Shown piece after piece: positions 48,525-58,518 of a stretch of DNA of 64,000 nt. Source of the stretch: Planctomycetota bacterium (GTDB taxonomy: Bacteria; Planctomycetota; UBA1135); contig QQUA01000010.1 in the NCBI GenBank assembly GCA_008501825.1, positions 14,908 to 78,907 of the forward strand, written 5' to 3'. Positions within the stretch are counted from its first letter, which is position 1. Every line of letters starts with the position of its first letter. The notes under the pieces are model-generated. The model had not been told where the DNA came from. It did not search any database and was given only the letters and a program-made list of their open reading frames with translations. Both the position numbers and the translations under genes were made by a program.

Positions 48525-49388
48525 AGCCGTTTCAATGGCGTGACCGACTTTCTCGCTGAGTTCGTGAGCTTCGACGAAACTCAAGTTCCGGTCCATGTCC
48601 AAGTGAATTTCCAAGAAAATATCCCGACCGGAGCGCCGGGTGCGCAAGTCGTGAAAGCCGCCGACGGCCGGGGCGAATCGGCTGACCTCCCGCAAAATGG
48701 TGGCCGCTTCTTCGGTGTCCAAACCGCGGTCCATGAGGTTCTCCACCGCCTTCTTTAGAACCTCGCGGGCGGTATTCAGAATCAAGAGGGCAATGCCGAG
48801 GCCGACGGCCAAATCCGGCCAGGCGGCGTCCAGGAAATGGCTGGAAGCCAAGCCCAGGATGACCGCGGCGTTCATGAGCAAATCGCTGGTGTAATGCAGC
48901 GTGTCGGCTTCCAAAGCCGGCGAATCCGTGGCTGCCGCTGCCCGCTTCAGGTGACCGACCCACCACCAGGTCACCGCCGAACTCACCACCATGGTGCCGA
49001 TGCCCAAGGATTGCATCCGCACTTCCGCTTCTTGGTTTACGAACCGCTGTACCGTTTCGATCGCCAACCCAAGTCCGGAAAGCAGGATGAACACCGCTTG
49101 GGCCAGGGAAGCCAAACTCTCGGCCTTGCCGTGGCCCCAAGGGTGGTCCGCATCGGCGGGCCTTTCCGCCGCCAGCACTCCCATCAGCACCAAAAGGGAG
49201 GCCAATACGTCCAACATCGAATCCAAAGTGGATCCGAGAATGCCGGCGGAACTGGTGAAGGCATAGGTCAGGGCCTTCATCAGCAACAGGGCGGCGGCCA
49301 CCTTGACGGTTCGCAAGGCGGTTCGAGATCGCTCGTGCGGATGGCTTTCCATGGCGGAGGGAGGGAAACCCGGCTTGGAAACGTCCAT
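48483..49388 (-). CDS. Cation diffusion facilitator (FieF-like)
   Basis: DSMLD, HPWGHGKAE, HYTSD, HDLRTR, VHADP. Confidence 0.92.
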   Translation of the reverse strand: MDVSKPGFPPSAMESHPHERSRTALRTVKVAAALLLMKALTYAFTSSAGILGSTLDSMLDVLASLLVLMGVLAAERPADADHPWGHGKAESLASLAQAVFILLSGLGLAIETVQRFVNQEAEVRMQSLGIGTMVVSSAVTWWWVGHLKRAAAATDSPALEADTLHYTSDLLMNAAVILGLASSHFLDAAWPDLAVGLGIALLILNTAREVLKKAVENLMDRGLDTEEAATILREVSRFAPAVGGFHDLRTRRSGRDIFLEIHLDMDRNLSFVEAHELSEKVGHAIETALPRSRVTVHADPL

Positions 49389-49404
49389 ACTCTACGTGCC
49401 TTCC

Positions 49405-51036
49405 ATGACCCTCAGGAACCCCAGGGCCAGCGCCGGGCCTTTTCGAAGCGGCGTCGGCCGGCCGGGCCGACTGCTGGCAGTCGCCGTGCTGTTCATGCTG
49501 GCGGCGGTGCTGTGGATCGCCAGCCAAGATCCCCAGAGCGATCCGCCCCGGTTGATGCCGGAAAACCCTGCGCCGGCCGAGGTTCAGGGCGGCGGAAGCT
49601 CCTTCCCGGAGGAGGGGGGCGCCCGGCTTCCTGGCTTGCCTGGGGAAGGTCCGGTGGTGGTCGAAATGCGGTATCTGGGCCGCCAACCCGGGGAACGGCT
49701 GCGGCCTTTACGAGGCGGCGTGCTGGAGGGCCGAATCCGGACTGAGGACGGTCAGGGAGTCGCCGATTGCCTGATTCGAATCCAGGGAGGACCCCAAGAT
49801 GGGCGCAGCACCCGCAGTGAGGCTTCCGGTTCTTATCTCATGACCGATTTGCTTCCGGGCACTCACTTCTTCGTTTTGGAAGTGCCGGGCCGGGAGCCTG
49901 TGGGACGACTGCATCGGGTGACCGGCTTGGGTAGAAGCCGTAGGGATTTCTACCTCGGGGTGCCGATTCGATTGGAACTGTTGGTTCGGGATCATGAGAA
50001 CAAAGCTCTGGCCGGAGCCAAGGTTCGGCTGGACTTGGGACGCCAGGAAACGGTCAGCAACGGCGAAGGCCTGGTGTTTTTCGACGGCGTGACCAGTGGC
50101 CCCAGGGTTTTGGTGGACGTCCTCTGCGAGGGCTTCGTGCCGGTTCGCCACGAATTGAATTTGGCGCCGATTCACGCCCAGCGCGGTCCAGTGGAATTAC
50201 CCCCTATGCGCCGCGGAGCGAAAATCAGGGGGCAGGTTAAGTCCTGGCCAGGAAACCCTTTACCTACGATCACCGTAGTCCCGCGAACGGATCGCCCCGG
50301 CCCGCAGCAGGTGATTTGGGAGCGCTGGCACGGCCTCACCGTTGGCGCCAACGGCCGCTTTCTGCTGGAAGATCTGCCGTCCGACCGCATGATCGACATT
50401 CGCGTGTTTCATCCGGAAGGGGTATCCAGTCCGCGGGCGATCAAGCCGGTTCTGGCTTATGCCGCCAACGTCGATTTCGTGGTGAAACGCGGCCGCGAGC
50501 GGATATCCGGACAGGTGGTGGACGAAGGGGACCAGCCGGTGGCCGGCGCCCTGGTGGCCCTGGAGGCGGCCGACCCGGGAGCGGTCCTGGGCAAGCTTTA
50601 TCCCGGGCTGCAAAGCGGGCCGACTTCCGCCCGCTTGCCGATGCCGGCGGCCTTGAGGCGGGAGTGGACCACCGGGGTCGACGGCCGCTTCGATTTCGCC
50701 TGGGGCGATCACCCCCCCGGTAGCGGTCATTTGATCCTGAGCGCCTTCAAGGAGGGCTACAGCCCCAGCCGCCGGGAAATTCGCAGTTTGCGTTCCAGTA
50801 CCCAACTGGTCTTGCGCAAAGAAGTCCGGACCGGGGCGCTACAACTTGCCCGACTGAATGGCGGCCCTTTGCCGGAAGCCGATCAAATTCAATGGTGGTT
50901 GGATGGCAAGCTGCTGGCCAAGGCGGAGGATTTAGAGGTGGGCTTCTATCACCTTTTGGTCCGCCGGGGAGAACTGGTGTTATTCCGCCAAGACAGCTTC
51001 TCGGTACAAGGACCGACGGAGATTCCCTTGCCCTGA
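49405..51036 (+). CDS. Membrane-anchored protein with carboxypeptidase-regulatory-like domains
   Basis: Repeated G.V.D..G.PVAGA.V…T..DGRF units. Confidence 0.75.
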   Translation: MTLRNPRASAGPFRSGVGRPGRLLAVAVLFMLAAVLWIASQDPQSDPPRLMPENPAPAEVQGGGSSFPEEGGARLPGLPGEGPVVVEMRYLGRQPGERLRPLRGGVLEGRIRTEDGQGVADCLIRIQGGPQDGRSTRSEASGSYLMTDLLPGTHFFVLEVPGREPVGRLHRVTGLGRSRRDFYLGVPIRLELLVRDHENKALAGAKVRLDLGRQETVSNGEGLVFFDGVTSGPRVLVDVLCEGFVPVRHELNLAPIHAQRGPVELPPMRRGAKIRGQVKSWPGNPLPTITVVPRTDRPGPQQVIWERWHGLTVGANGRFLLEDLPSDRMIDIRVFHPEGVSSPRAIKPVLAYAANVDFVVKRGRERISGQVVDEGDQPVAGALVALEAADPGAVLGKLYPGLQSGPTSARLPMPAALRREWTTGVDGRFDFAWGDHPPGSGHLILSAFKEGYSPSRREIRSLRSSTQLVLRKEVRTGALQLARLNGGPLPEADQIQWWLDGKLLAKAEDLEVGFYHLLVRRGELVLFRQDSFSVQGPTEIPLP

Positions 51037-51123
51037 TTTCCTTAGCTTGATGGCCTGCCCTCGATCGGAAGCAGGCTTGGATCGGGGCCTATACAATTCG
51101 CCGCCGGCGCGGCGTTCGCGGTC

Positions 51124-52659
51124 ATGAAAAACATCTCTCTCGGTGAACCCCTTTCCAAAGAGCAACTGCTGGCTTTGGCGGCCGGCCGCTCCCTTTCCCT
51201 GCGTTTAGGTCGGGACACCTTGGCCAAGGTGAAAACGGCGCGCCAAACCGTGGCCGATATCGCCGCCGGGGAGGCGCCGGTTTATGGAGTCAATACTGGA
51301 TTCGGTTTGCTTGCCCGGGAGCGAATCCAAAGTGAAGACCTCGGTTGCTTGCAGCGCAATTTGTTGTTGTCCCACGCCGTCGGTACCGGTCCGAATTTGC
51401 CGGCGGAGGAAGTCCGTTTGGCTTTGTTGTTGCGGATTCAATCCGTTTGTCAGGGACATTCCGGCGTCCGTCCTGAATTACTGCGCTGGTTGATCAAGCT
51501 GTTTCATTCCGGTTGGCTGCCTCGGGTTCCCGAACAGGGGAGCGTCGGTGCTTGCGGCGATTTAGCTCCCTTGGCTCACTTGGCTTTGCCGGTGATCGGA
51601 GAAGGGGAATTGATGGACGAGGATGGGCTTTGCCGGCCGGCGGCGGAAGTTTTGCCGCTGATCGATTTGCAGCCTATGACCTTGGCCGCCAAGGAAGGCT
51701 TGGCTTTGATCAACGGCGTTCAAATCAGCAACGCCGTCGGTTTGGTGGCTTGGGCACGGATGTGCAACCTTTCGGTGTGCGCCGACATCGCCGGGGCCCT
51801 CGGGGTGGAAGCCTTGTTAGGCAGCCATCGCCCGTTCGACGCTCGAGTGGCAGCGATTCGGCCCCATCGCGGCATGAAGGCGACTTCGGCCAATTTGCGC
51901 AAATTGTTGAAAGCTTCCGAAGTGCGCAAATCTCATCGCCATTGCGACCGGGTTCAGGATCCCTATTCTTTTCGTTGCATGCCCCAAGTTCACGGCGCCT
52001 GCAAAGATGCATTGGCCTATTTGGAATCTTGCTTGTTAGTGGAAGCCAACAGCGCCACCGACAATCCCTTGGTATTCCCTCAACGCGGAGACACGGTTTC
52101 CGCCGGTAACTTCCATGGCCAACCGATTGCCATGGCCATGGATCACGGAGTGAACGCCTTGTGCGGTTGGGGCAACATCAGCGAGCGCCGGATCGCGATT
52201 CTGATCGATCCTGCCATGTCCCAGTTGCCGGCCTTTTTGACCCCGAAACCGGGATTGAATTCCGGTTTGATGATTCCTCAGGTGGTGGCCGCCGCCCTTT
52301 GCAACGAAAACAAGGTGCTTTCTCATCCGGCCAGCTCCGACACCATCAGCACTTCCGCCGACCAAGAAGACCACGTCAGCATGGCCATGAATGCCGCGCG
52401 CAAGTTGCGGCAAGCTGCGATCAACGTGGAGCGAATCTTGGCGATTGAATTGTTTACCGCTGCGCAAGCTCATGAGTTTCACAAGGAGTTGCGCCCCGGC
52501 CGTGGAGTCGCCGCCGTTTACGATCTAATTCGCCGGCACGTTTCGCCCTTGGATGAAGATCGTTTCTTGGCTCCGGACCTGGATCGTTTGCACCAGTTGT
52601 TGCGAGACGGCGAGATTCGGGCCGCTGCAGAAAATGTGGTTGGATCCTTGGTGGCTTAA
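51124..52659 (+). CDS. hutH: Histidine ammonia-lyase (Ala-Cys-Gly at the MIO site)
   Basis: YGVNTGFG, SHAVG, GSVGACGDLAPL, QDPYSFRC, QEDHVSM. Confidence 0.93.
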   Translation: MKNISLGEPLSKEQLLALAAGRSLSLRLGRDTLAKVKTARQTVADIAAGEAPVYGVNTGFGLLARERIQSEDLGCLQRNLLLSHAVGTGPNLPAEEVRLALLLRIQSVCQGHSGVRPELLRWLIKLFHSGWLPRVPEQGSVGACGDLAPLAHLALPVIGEGELMDEDGLCRPAAEVLPLIDLQPMTLAAKEGLALINGVQISNAVGLVAWARMCNLSVCADIAGALGVEALLGSHRPFDARVAAIRPHRGMKATSANLRKLLKASEVRKSHRHCDRVQDPYSFRCMPQVHGACKDALAYLESCLLVEANSATDNPLVFPQRGDTVSAGNFHGQPIAMAMDHGVNALCGWGNISERRIAILIDPAMSQLPAFLTPKPGLNSGLMIPQVVAAALCNENKVLSHPASSDTISTSADQEDHVSMAMNAARKLRQAAINVERILAIELFTAAQAHEFHKELRPGRGVAAVYDLIRRHVSPLDEDRFLAPDLDRLHQLLRDGEIRAAAENVVGSLVA

Positions 52660-52663
52660 CGCT

Positions 52664-53802
52664 GAAACTGGCACAAAGCATTGGAGGTAATTTTTAAGCC
52701 TCCGGCGTAACCAAAGCCGCCTCAAGCCGTCTGCCTAGCCGAACCCTTTTCTTTCGGAGGCACCGGCGATGCCGCGTTTTCAACCCCCGCACTGCCCCTG
52801 GGACGCCTGTCCCAGCCGCACCGATTCCGTCCCCTTCCGCTTTCAAAAACGAGGCTTCTACAGCGGCCGACAGCAACGCAGAATCCAGCGCTTTTGGTGC
52901 CACGGCTGCCGCCGTTCCTTCTCGTCACAAAGCTTCAAGTTCCACTATCGCCTGAAGTACGGCCGGCTCCATCTCGACTTCTGGCCACTGGTGGTGAGCA
53001 AAGTCACCCTGCGACAAAGCGCTCGCATGCTGGGAGTGGATCGCCGCACCTTGGCTGACCGCCTGTTGCGCATGGGCGAACACGCTCGCCGCTTCCATCG
53101 CTTGCGATTACAGGAGGTGGCCGCTCGAGGCGGGCTACCGGGAGTGTTTCAACTGGATGAGTTGGAAACCTTCGAAACCGACCGCAGACTGCAGCCGGTG
53201 ACCGTTCCGGTGCTGATCCACCGTGCCAAGTATTTCGTCGTTCACCTGACCGCCGGCACCTTGCCCTGCCGGGGATCGCTCCCTCCACGGTTGAGAAAGA
53301 AGAAGGAGGAACGGGAAAAACTGTTCGGCAAGAGACGCTCGCAGTCCCGGCAAGGAGTGGAAGCTTGCTTGCAGACTTTGAAGGAGGTCTTGCCTCCAAG
53401 GCAGCCGGCGGTGCTGCAAAGCGATCGCAAGAAGATCTATCCCAGCGTCTTGAAATCGGTGTTTGGAGCCGCAGGTTTCCAGCACCTGCAGGAGTGCTCC
53501 AAGCGCAAGCGGGATCGAGGCAACCCGCTGTTTCCGATCAACCACACCCTGGCGCAAATGCGGGACAACCTCTCCCGGCTGGTGCGCCGCAACTGGGGCC
53601 ACTCCAAGAAGCGGAGTTGGCTGCGGCTGCACATGTGGCTGTGGCTTTTGTGGCGCAACTACGTGCGGCCGATCACCGCCGAGGGCGAGCCCCCGACTCC
53701 GGGGATGTTACTGGGGGTGACCTCTCGGCGTTGGACCGCCAGGGAGCTGTTTCGGTGGAGGATTTTTTCTTCCTCCTACCTCCAATAGTTTGTGCCAGTT
53801 TC
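52664..53802 (+). mobile_element. Complete insertion sequence (1,139 bp) with 26-bp TIRs and 9-bp imperfect direct repeats
   Basis: Left GAAACTGGCACAAAGCATTGGAGGTA versus right (reverse complement) GAAACTGGCACAAACTATTGGAGGTA, 24/26 identical. Flanks are CTTAACGCT and CTTAATGCT. Confidence 0.88.
52769..53788 (+). CDS. Putative DDE transposase (Zn ribbon + HTH + catalytic domain; IS1-like architecture)
   Basis: CP…C…QRFWC..C..SF, LRQSARMLGV, QLDELETF, QSD; sole gene between the TIRs. Confidence 0.8.
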   Translation: MPRFQPPHCPWDACPSRTDSVPFRFQKRGFYSGRQQRRIQRFWCHGCRRSFSSQSFKFHYRLKYGRLHLDFWPLVVSKVTLRQSARMLGVDRRTLADRLLRMGEHARRFHRLRLQEVAARGGLPGVFQLDELETFETDRRLQPVTVPVLIHRAKYFVVHLTAGTLPCRGSLPPRLRKKKEEREKLFGKRRSQSRQGVEACLQTLKEVLPPRQPAVLQSDRKKIYPSVLKSVFGAAGFQHLQECSKRKRDRGNPLFPINHTLAQMRDNLSRLVRRNWGHSKKRSWLRLHMWLWLLWRNYVRPITAEGEPPTPGMLLGVTSRRWTARELFRWRIFSSSYLQ

Positions 53803-53803
53803 C

Positions 53804-56266
53804 TTAATGCTGGAATTCGGACGCTTCCACCTTCCAAGGATCCCCCGGCACAATCTTCCAAACCAAGCGGCGTCCGTTTTCAAAATCTTCCTGGCTTTCG
53901 AGCAAATCCTGATCGAAGGTAGCAGGAAGGTGAGCGATATCCCAACCGTCCACCAAGCGCAGCGAAAGTTGCCAGGAACCGGCGGCCACGGCGACGGTGG
54001 CTTTGGCTCTCTCTCCTAGCGGCAAAGGCCCGATTTCCTTGATCCAGCTTCGTTCCGAACCTGGGCGCTGGAATTGCAAATGAAAACGAGGACCGTTTAA
54101 GCCTTTTGCCTTGCGGGCGTCGATTTCAATCCAACCGCCGGGGATTTCGTTGATGGTGAAGCCTCGTTCCCGATCGGCAAAGGGCAGCAAAGGAGGAAAT
54201 TCCCACTGTCCCGGGCCTTCCACTTCCAATTGATAATGATTCCAAGGCAAAGTGAAGCGGCGACTTTGTTCCGGTAGCAACACCGCTTCCAAAATGGGTT
54301 CCCTTCCGAGCAAACCAGAGCCGGCGAACAGGCGCACCGTAATCGGATCGGGATTGCCGGAATCGGTCGCCACTTCCAAGCTGAGTTCCCCTTGAGGCCA
54401 GTCGACTTGCAGGCTTTGAGTTCCTTCCGGGGCTTCGCCAAGTTCCAGGAAGGGAGTACCGCCTTGGTTTCGAAGGCCGGCGGCGTTCCAATACGCTGGC
54501 GCTCGCAACTCCACCTTGCCCGAACCGACCAACGGAAAGAAAGCCAACCCTTTGGCATCCGATCGAACTCGGCTTTGGCCGTAGCCACCGGCGGTTTGCC
54601 AGTTGGCAATGACGCTTTGAAAAGGAACCGCCTGGCCGTCGGCTTTTAAATAAACACTCAGGGAACGCCCTTGGCTGAATTGGAGATCCTGTTGAACCTC
54701 CTGGCCTTGAATTTCTATCTTTAGGGGAGGCGGCTGCCAAGCCAATCCAGCCAGAAGCCGGACGGAGTATGAACCAGGAGTTAAAAAGGCCTGGTAGCGG
54801 CCGTTGGCTTGAATGGGAATTCGTAGACTTTGGACCGCCTCATTTTGGAATTCGAGTAAATGAGTCCCGGAAGCCAAGGGAAAGGGAAGTTCCACTTTCC
54901 CGTGTAAACGGCAAAGGTCGGGAATTTCCAAAACCGTGGTTCGATTCACCGCCTGATGGGCCCAAACCCGTCGGAAATCCGCATCGAAAACCAGCCAGTG
55001 CATATTTTCTCCTCGGATCTCCGGATCCGCTTGGAAGTCGTCTCTGGAAGGAAGGGGAGAGGCTTGTCCCCATTCTTCAGAGTTCCAAATTTGATTGGCG
55101 GAGCGACTTTTTCTCGCTGCCGGCGCGGCTTGCAGCGGACGTCCTCCAAATCGATGATCCCAAGGATAAACGGCGTACCGGAACCATTTGCGGTCGCGAT
55201 CGTCAGCGACCCGAATGCTTGCTTGGAGCTTTTGCCGGTTGGGAATGGTGATGTTGTTTTTCGCCCGCAAACCGGCAGGAAAGGTTTGCAGCCACCGTTG
55301 GCCTTGACCGGTTTTGACTTCTAAAACGATCCGGTTTCTTGGTAAAGGTCCGAGAAAGGAAGCAATTCCTTGTGGATCGCTTTGAAGCTCCAAGGCCGGA
55401 AACGATTCGGAATGAAGCCGGACTTCGGCTTGTTGAATCGGCTTTCCGTCCTCCCCTCGAAGTTGAAGGGTCCAATTCTGCCGAGCGGCGATTTGAAAGG
55501 TCGGCCGGCGCCGAGAATTTTGCTGCTGTCGTCGGGGCAACCATTCATAACGATGGGCATGGCCGGCGGCGCCAACTCGCAATCGCAAACCGAAAGCTCC
55601 CGGAACCTGAGGAGGATGGGGAAGGGTCAAGATGCCTTCTCCATCGGGAAACCGGACCCGCCCCAATTCAGCCAAGAAAGAGGCCGGCAGACAGTTTTCC
55701 GCCGGCGAGCCGGGCAGAGCTTCCCAGCGTGCAAAACTCTGGGATAGGAGTTCGGGCTCGGGAGCTTGAATCTTGACTTGTCGCGGTCGGGCCGGAGGCA
55801 AGGTCAGAAGAAGTTCCTGAGGCCAAGCTTGGGTCACGGTGAGGGCGTACCCTTTGGCGGTTACGGCAACGTATTCCTGCCAGGGTCGATCCCCTTCCAA
55901 GTTCAGGGTGAACGCACCAAAGCGATCGCTTCGAGTACTCAACCCAGCCCAAAAAATCCTGGCGTCCGGCAAAGGACGACCTTGGGAATCCAAGACTTGC
56001 CCGCGAATCCAATGCCCGGCCAGGGTTTGCTGATCCAGGCTATGGGTCGCCCGATCTTCTCTCGCCGCCGGAGCCGTCGGTCCGGTTTCGCCTTCAGGAG
56101 TTCCCGGATCTTTCTGACGTTCTTGCCCAGCTTCTTCGGTGGTGAGCGAAGGTTCCGGGTCCTTGTACGGCGGGCTCTGCCAAAGAATGACCAGCAGCGC
56201 GGCGAAAACGGCCAAAAGGCTGCATAGGGCCAGGCCGCGGACGGTGAGGAAGGAAGGAAGCCGCAT
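53804..56266 (-). CDS. Membrane-anchored protein with carboxypeptidase-regulatory-like/beta-sandwich domains
   Basis: N-terminal TM helix; IRGQVLDSQGRPLPDARI…SD..G.F units. Confidence 0.7.
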   Translation of the reverse strand: MRLPSFLTVRGLALCSLLAVFAALLVILWQSPPYKDPEPSLTTEEAGQERQKDPGTPEGETGPTAPAAREDRATHSLDQQTLAGHWIRGQVLDSQGRPLPDARIFWAGLSTRSDRFGAFTLNLEGDRPWQEYVAVTAKGYALTVTQAWPQELLLTLPPARPRQVKIQAPEPELLSQSFARWEALPGSPAENCLPASFLAELGRVRFPDGEGILTLPHPPQVPGAFGLRLRVGAAGHAHRYEWLPRRQQQNSRRRPTFQIAARQNWTLQLRGEDGKPIQQAEVRLHSESFPALELQSDPQGIASFLGPLPRNRIVLEVKTGQGQRWLQTFPAGLRAKNNITIPNRQKLQASIRVADDRDRKWFRYAVYPWDHRFGGRPLQAAPAARKSRSANQIWNSEEWGQASPLPSRDDFQADPEIRGENMHWLVFDADFRRVWAHQAVNRTTVLEIPDLCRLHGKVELPFPLASGTHLLEFQNEAVQSLRIPIQANGRYQAFLTPGSYSVRLLAGLAWQPPPLKIEIQGQEVQQDLQFSQGRSLSVYLKADGQAVPFQSVIANWQTAGGYGQSRVRSDAKGLAFFPLVGSGKVELRAPAYWNAAGLRNQGGTPFLELGEAPEGTQSLQVDWPQGELSLEVATDSGNPDPITVRLFAGSGLLGREPILEAVLLPEQSRRFTLPWNHYQLEVEGPGQWEFPPLLPFADRERGFTINEIPGGWIEIDARKAKGLNGPRFHLQFQRPGSERSWIKEIGPLPLGERAKATVAVAAGSWQLSLRLVDGWDIAHLPATFDQDLLESQEDFENGRRLVWKIVPGDPWKVEASEFQH

Positions 56267-56417
56267 GGGGTGAAGACCCCAGGGGATGGCAAGGTGTCCT
56301 TCTCATCCTGGCAAGGAAGGCCGATTGCAGCAAGTCGGAGATGAAAAGTGGCGGGCGCCGCCCATTACCCCCCGGGTGACGCCCACCATAAACGAAGCGT
56401 GTAAGCGATGCCTCGCT

Positions 56418-57494
56418 TCAGCGTGCTCCCTCCGCGTGTTGCAGTAGGGTGCCGTTCCAACCTCCGGAGACGTAACAACCCGGACAAGGCAGGGGACCGT
56501 AGGCGAAACTGCGCCGGCCAACGTTGAGAGTCAGGCTCGGCCGGGCCACGACTTGGCCGCTGGGAATTTCGTAGCTTTCGCAATCGGCTCGAAAGCCGGT
56601 CCAGTCGCCGCCGTAGACAAAAACCCTTGGGCCGACGTTGTCCATGCCGCAACCGGCTCGATCCTGGCCGAACACCGGATCGTTTCGAAACGAAGCCGCG
56701 GTTTGAAATTGGCCGCTGGCTAAATCGAAACTTTGCAGGAAGGTGCTGGTGGCGAAGCCGGTCATATAAACCTTGGCGTCCACGAAGTTGGCGGTACTGG
56801 TGATGGTGATCAGATAATCGGCGTGGGCCATGGGGGATCCCGGTTGAAAGGTTCCGCTCCAGGTCTCGAACAGCCAGGAATCGTCGTAATAGAAGTTCAG
56901 GTCGGCGCCGCCGCAAACCAGAATTTCTCCGCCGCCGATGTTGGAAACGCCGACTCCGAACATGGGCCGCGGCAAACGGGTCGGGTGGACCGTCCAACTA
57001 TCCGCGAACGGATCGAAGACCTGGACCAGATCCACCGGTTGGTTGGCCACGTCCGTGCCGCCGAAGACGTACATCAAACCACCGGAGAAAACGCAACTTC
57101 CCATGACGTTGCTGACCGGAACCGGCATGACCGAGTGGCTCTGGGACCAGGTATCGGTCTGGCGATCCCAAATCTCCACCCGATCGGCGCGACCGCCGCC
57201 GGCGATCTCTCCGCCGATGACGTAAAAGTCCTTTCCGCCGATGGTGGCGCTTCCGCAGCGGCTGCGGGCAGTCAGCGGCCGGGCCAAGACGTACCAAGCC
57301 GGCGTCCCTTGGATGGCTTGACCGCTGAAGGCTTGGCCACCTAAAGAGCCGGCGCCCGGTTGAACCAGAGCGGTATCGCTAAGAATGCCCGGTTGGCCGC
57401 TGTCATAGGCGACCGGACCTTGGGCCAGGGCCGAACCGGCCAACCCAAGGCTGGCAGCAAAGAGGCAAGGCAAGCTTCGAAGTGAAAGGCTCAT
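56418..57494 (-). CDS. Secreted Kelch-repeat protein
   Basis: Signal peptide; YVIGG…W, YVFGG…VFDP..DSW repeats. Confidence 0.85.
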   Translation of the reverse strand: MSLSLRSLPCLFAASLGLAGSALAQGPVAYDSGQPGILSDTALVQPGAGSLGGQAFSGQAIQGTPAWYVLARPLTARSRCGSATIGGKDFYVIGGEIAGGGRADRVEIWDRQTDTWSQSHSVMPVPVSNVMGSCVFSGGLMYVFGGTDVANQPVDLVQVFDPFADSWTVHPTRLPRPMFGVGVSNIGGGEILVCGGADLNFYYDDSWLFETWSGTFQPGSPMAHADYLITITSTANFVDAKVYMTGFATSTFLQSFDLASGQFQTAASFRNDPVFGQDRAGCGMDNVGPRVFVYGGDWTGFRADCESYEIPSGQVVARPSLTLNVGRRSFAYGPLPCPGCYVSGGWNGTLLQHAEGAR

Positions 57495-57700
57495 CGCGCA
57501 GAAACGATCCTCCCGGGGGTATGAGCCAGAATCGAGGTCTTTGAAGTTCAGGCAGTGAGGATAATGTGGAGAAAATATGATGCTATAAATTGGATGGATT
57601 GATTAAACACATATGAAATAAAAGGTTAAGTGGTTCACGGCGTACATATTGATCCCTCACTTTAACATTATCAGACCTTTGAGGGCAGGCTGGTCGACGC

Positions 57701-58342
57701 CTAGAAACGGATCTCTAGATGAATCGCCGTGATCCAGGCGTCCGGAAAGGCCGGGTTGCCCTTGGGATGGACCACCCGTTGGATATCCGGCTTCAGGCAC
57801 CAATTCGGAGCGAGGGCAAAGCGATAGAAGATTCCGAAGATTTGTTCGCTCGGTTCCCGGAAGGTGTAGCCCTGGGCGTCGGCGCCGATTCCCCACTGCA
57901 TACTGAGACCCAGGGAGTCCCGGTTTCGCCCAGGAATCAGGCCCGGCAGGGCCAAGCCGCCTTCGTGTCGAATTTCGCTGTGGAAGGCTTCCTTGGGGAA
58001 TTGGGAAACGCGGAAATAGCCGTCCAATCCCTCGACTCCATGCACTCCAAACCAGTCCGCAACCCCATCCGAGGAGTCGTGGGTGGCCCTGGCGAAAAGC
58101 CGGCCCTCAAAGGAGCGGAGTCGCTGGAAGGCAAGCCATGGATCCACCTCCTTTGCTTTGAGAGGGGAGCCTGCCCCTTCCTTTTCTCGCGAATCTTCAT
58201 CTCCACCGCCATGGGTTGAATGGTGCCAATCCAGGGCGATTTGGGATTCGGCCAGCTTTGGAGCGGCTGTTTCCAAAGCCAAGGCAGCGGGGCTGAGAAC
58301 CCACGCGGCTACGACGAGATGGAGGGGTAAGCTGAACAGCAT
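57701..58342 (-). CDS. OprB-like carbohydrate porin, C-terminal region only (possibly degenerate)
   Basis: GLIPGR..D..G, E…FYRF…LKPDIQ.V.HP, C-terminal RF; only 213 aa. Confidence 0.6.
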   Translation of the reverse strand: MLFSLPLHLVVAAWVLSPAALALETAAPKLAESQIALDWHHSTHGGGDEDSREKEGAGSPLKAKEVDPWLAFQRLRSFEGRLFARATHDSSDGVADWFGVHGVEGLDGYFRVSQFPKEAFHSEIRHEGGLALPGLIPGRNRDSLGLSMQWGIGADAQGYTFREPSEQIFGIFYRFALAPNWCLKPDIQRVVHPKGNPAFPDAWITAIHLEIRF

Positions 58343-58518
58343 TCGGTCAGGTTTCCGAATTCGGCCCGCGTCCAGGCAGAAGCGTCCTACCCGTATCGGT
58401 TCTCTCCCAGTCGAAACATAGGAGGAAATTGGTGTTTTCGGCTGGATAGCCCCGGATGAAGGGGGACTGAAAGTCTTATCGGGAGAGGACTAACATAGAG
58501 GGCTAAGAAGGATCCACC

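Noticed and set aside
57640-57672. Possible dif site (TTTAACAT resembles a XerD arm)
   Set aside because: Only a partial arm, with no convincing XerC arm at the right spacing.
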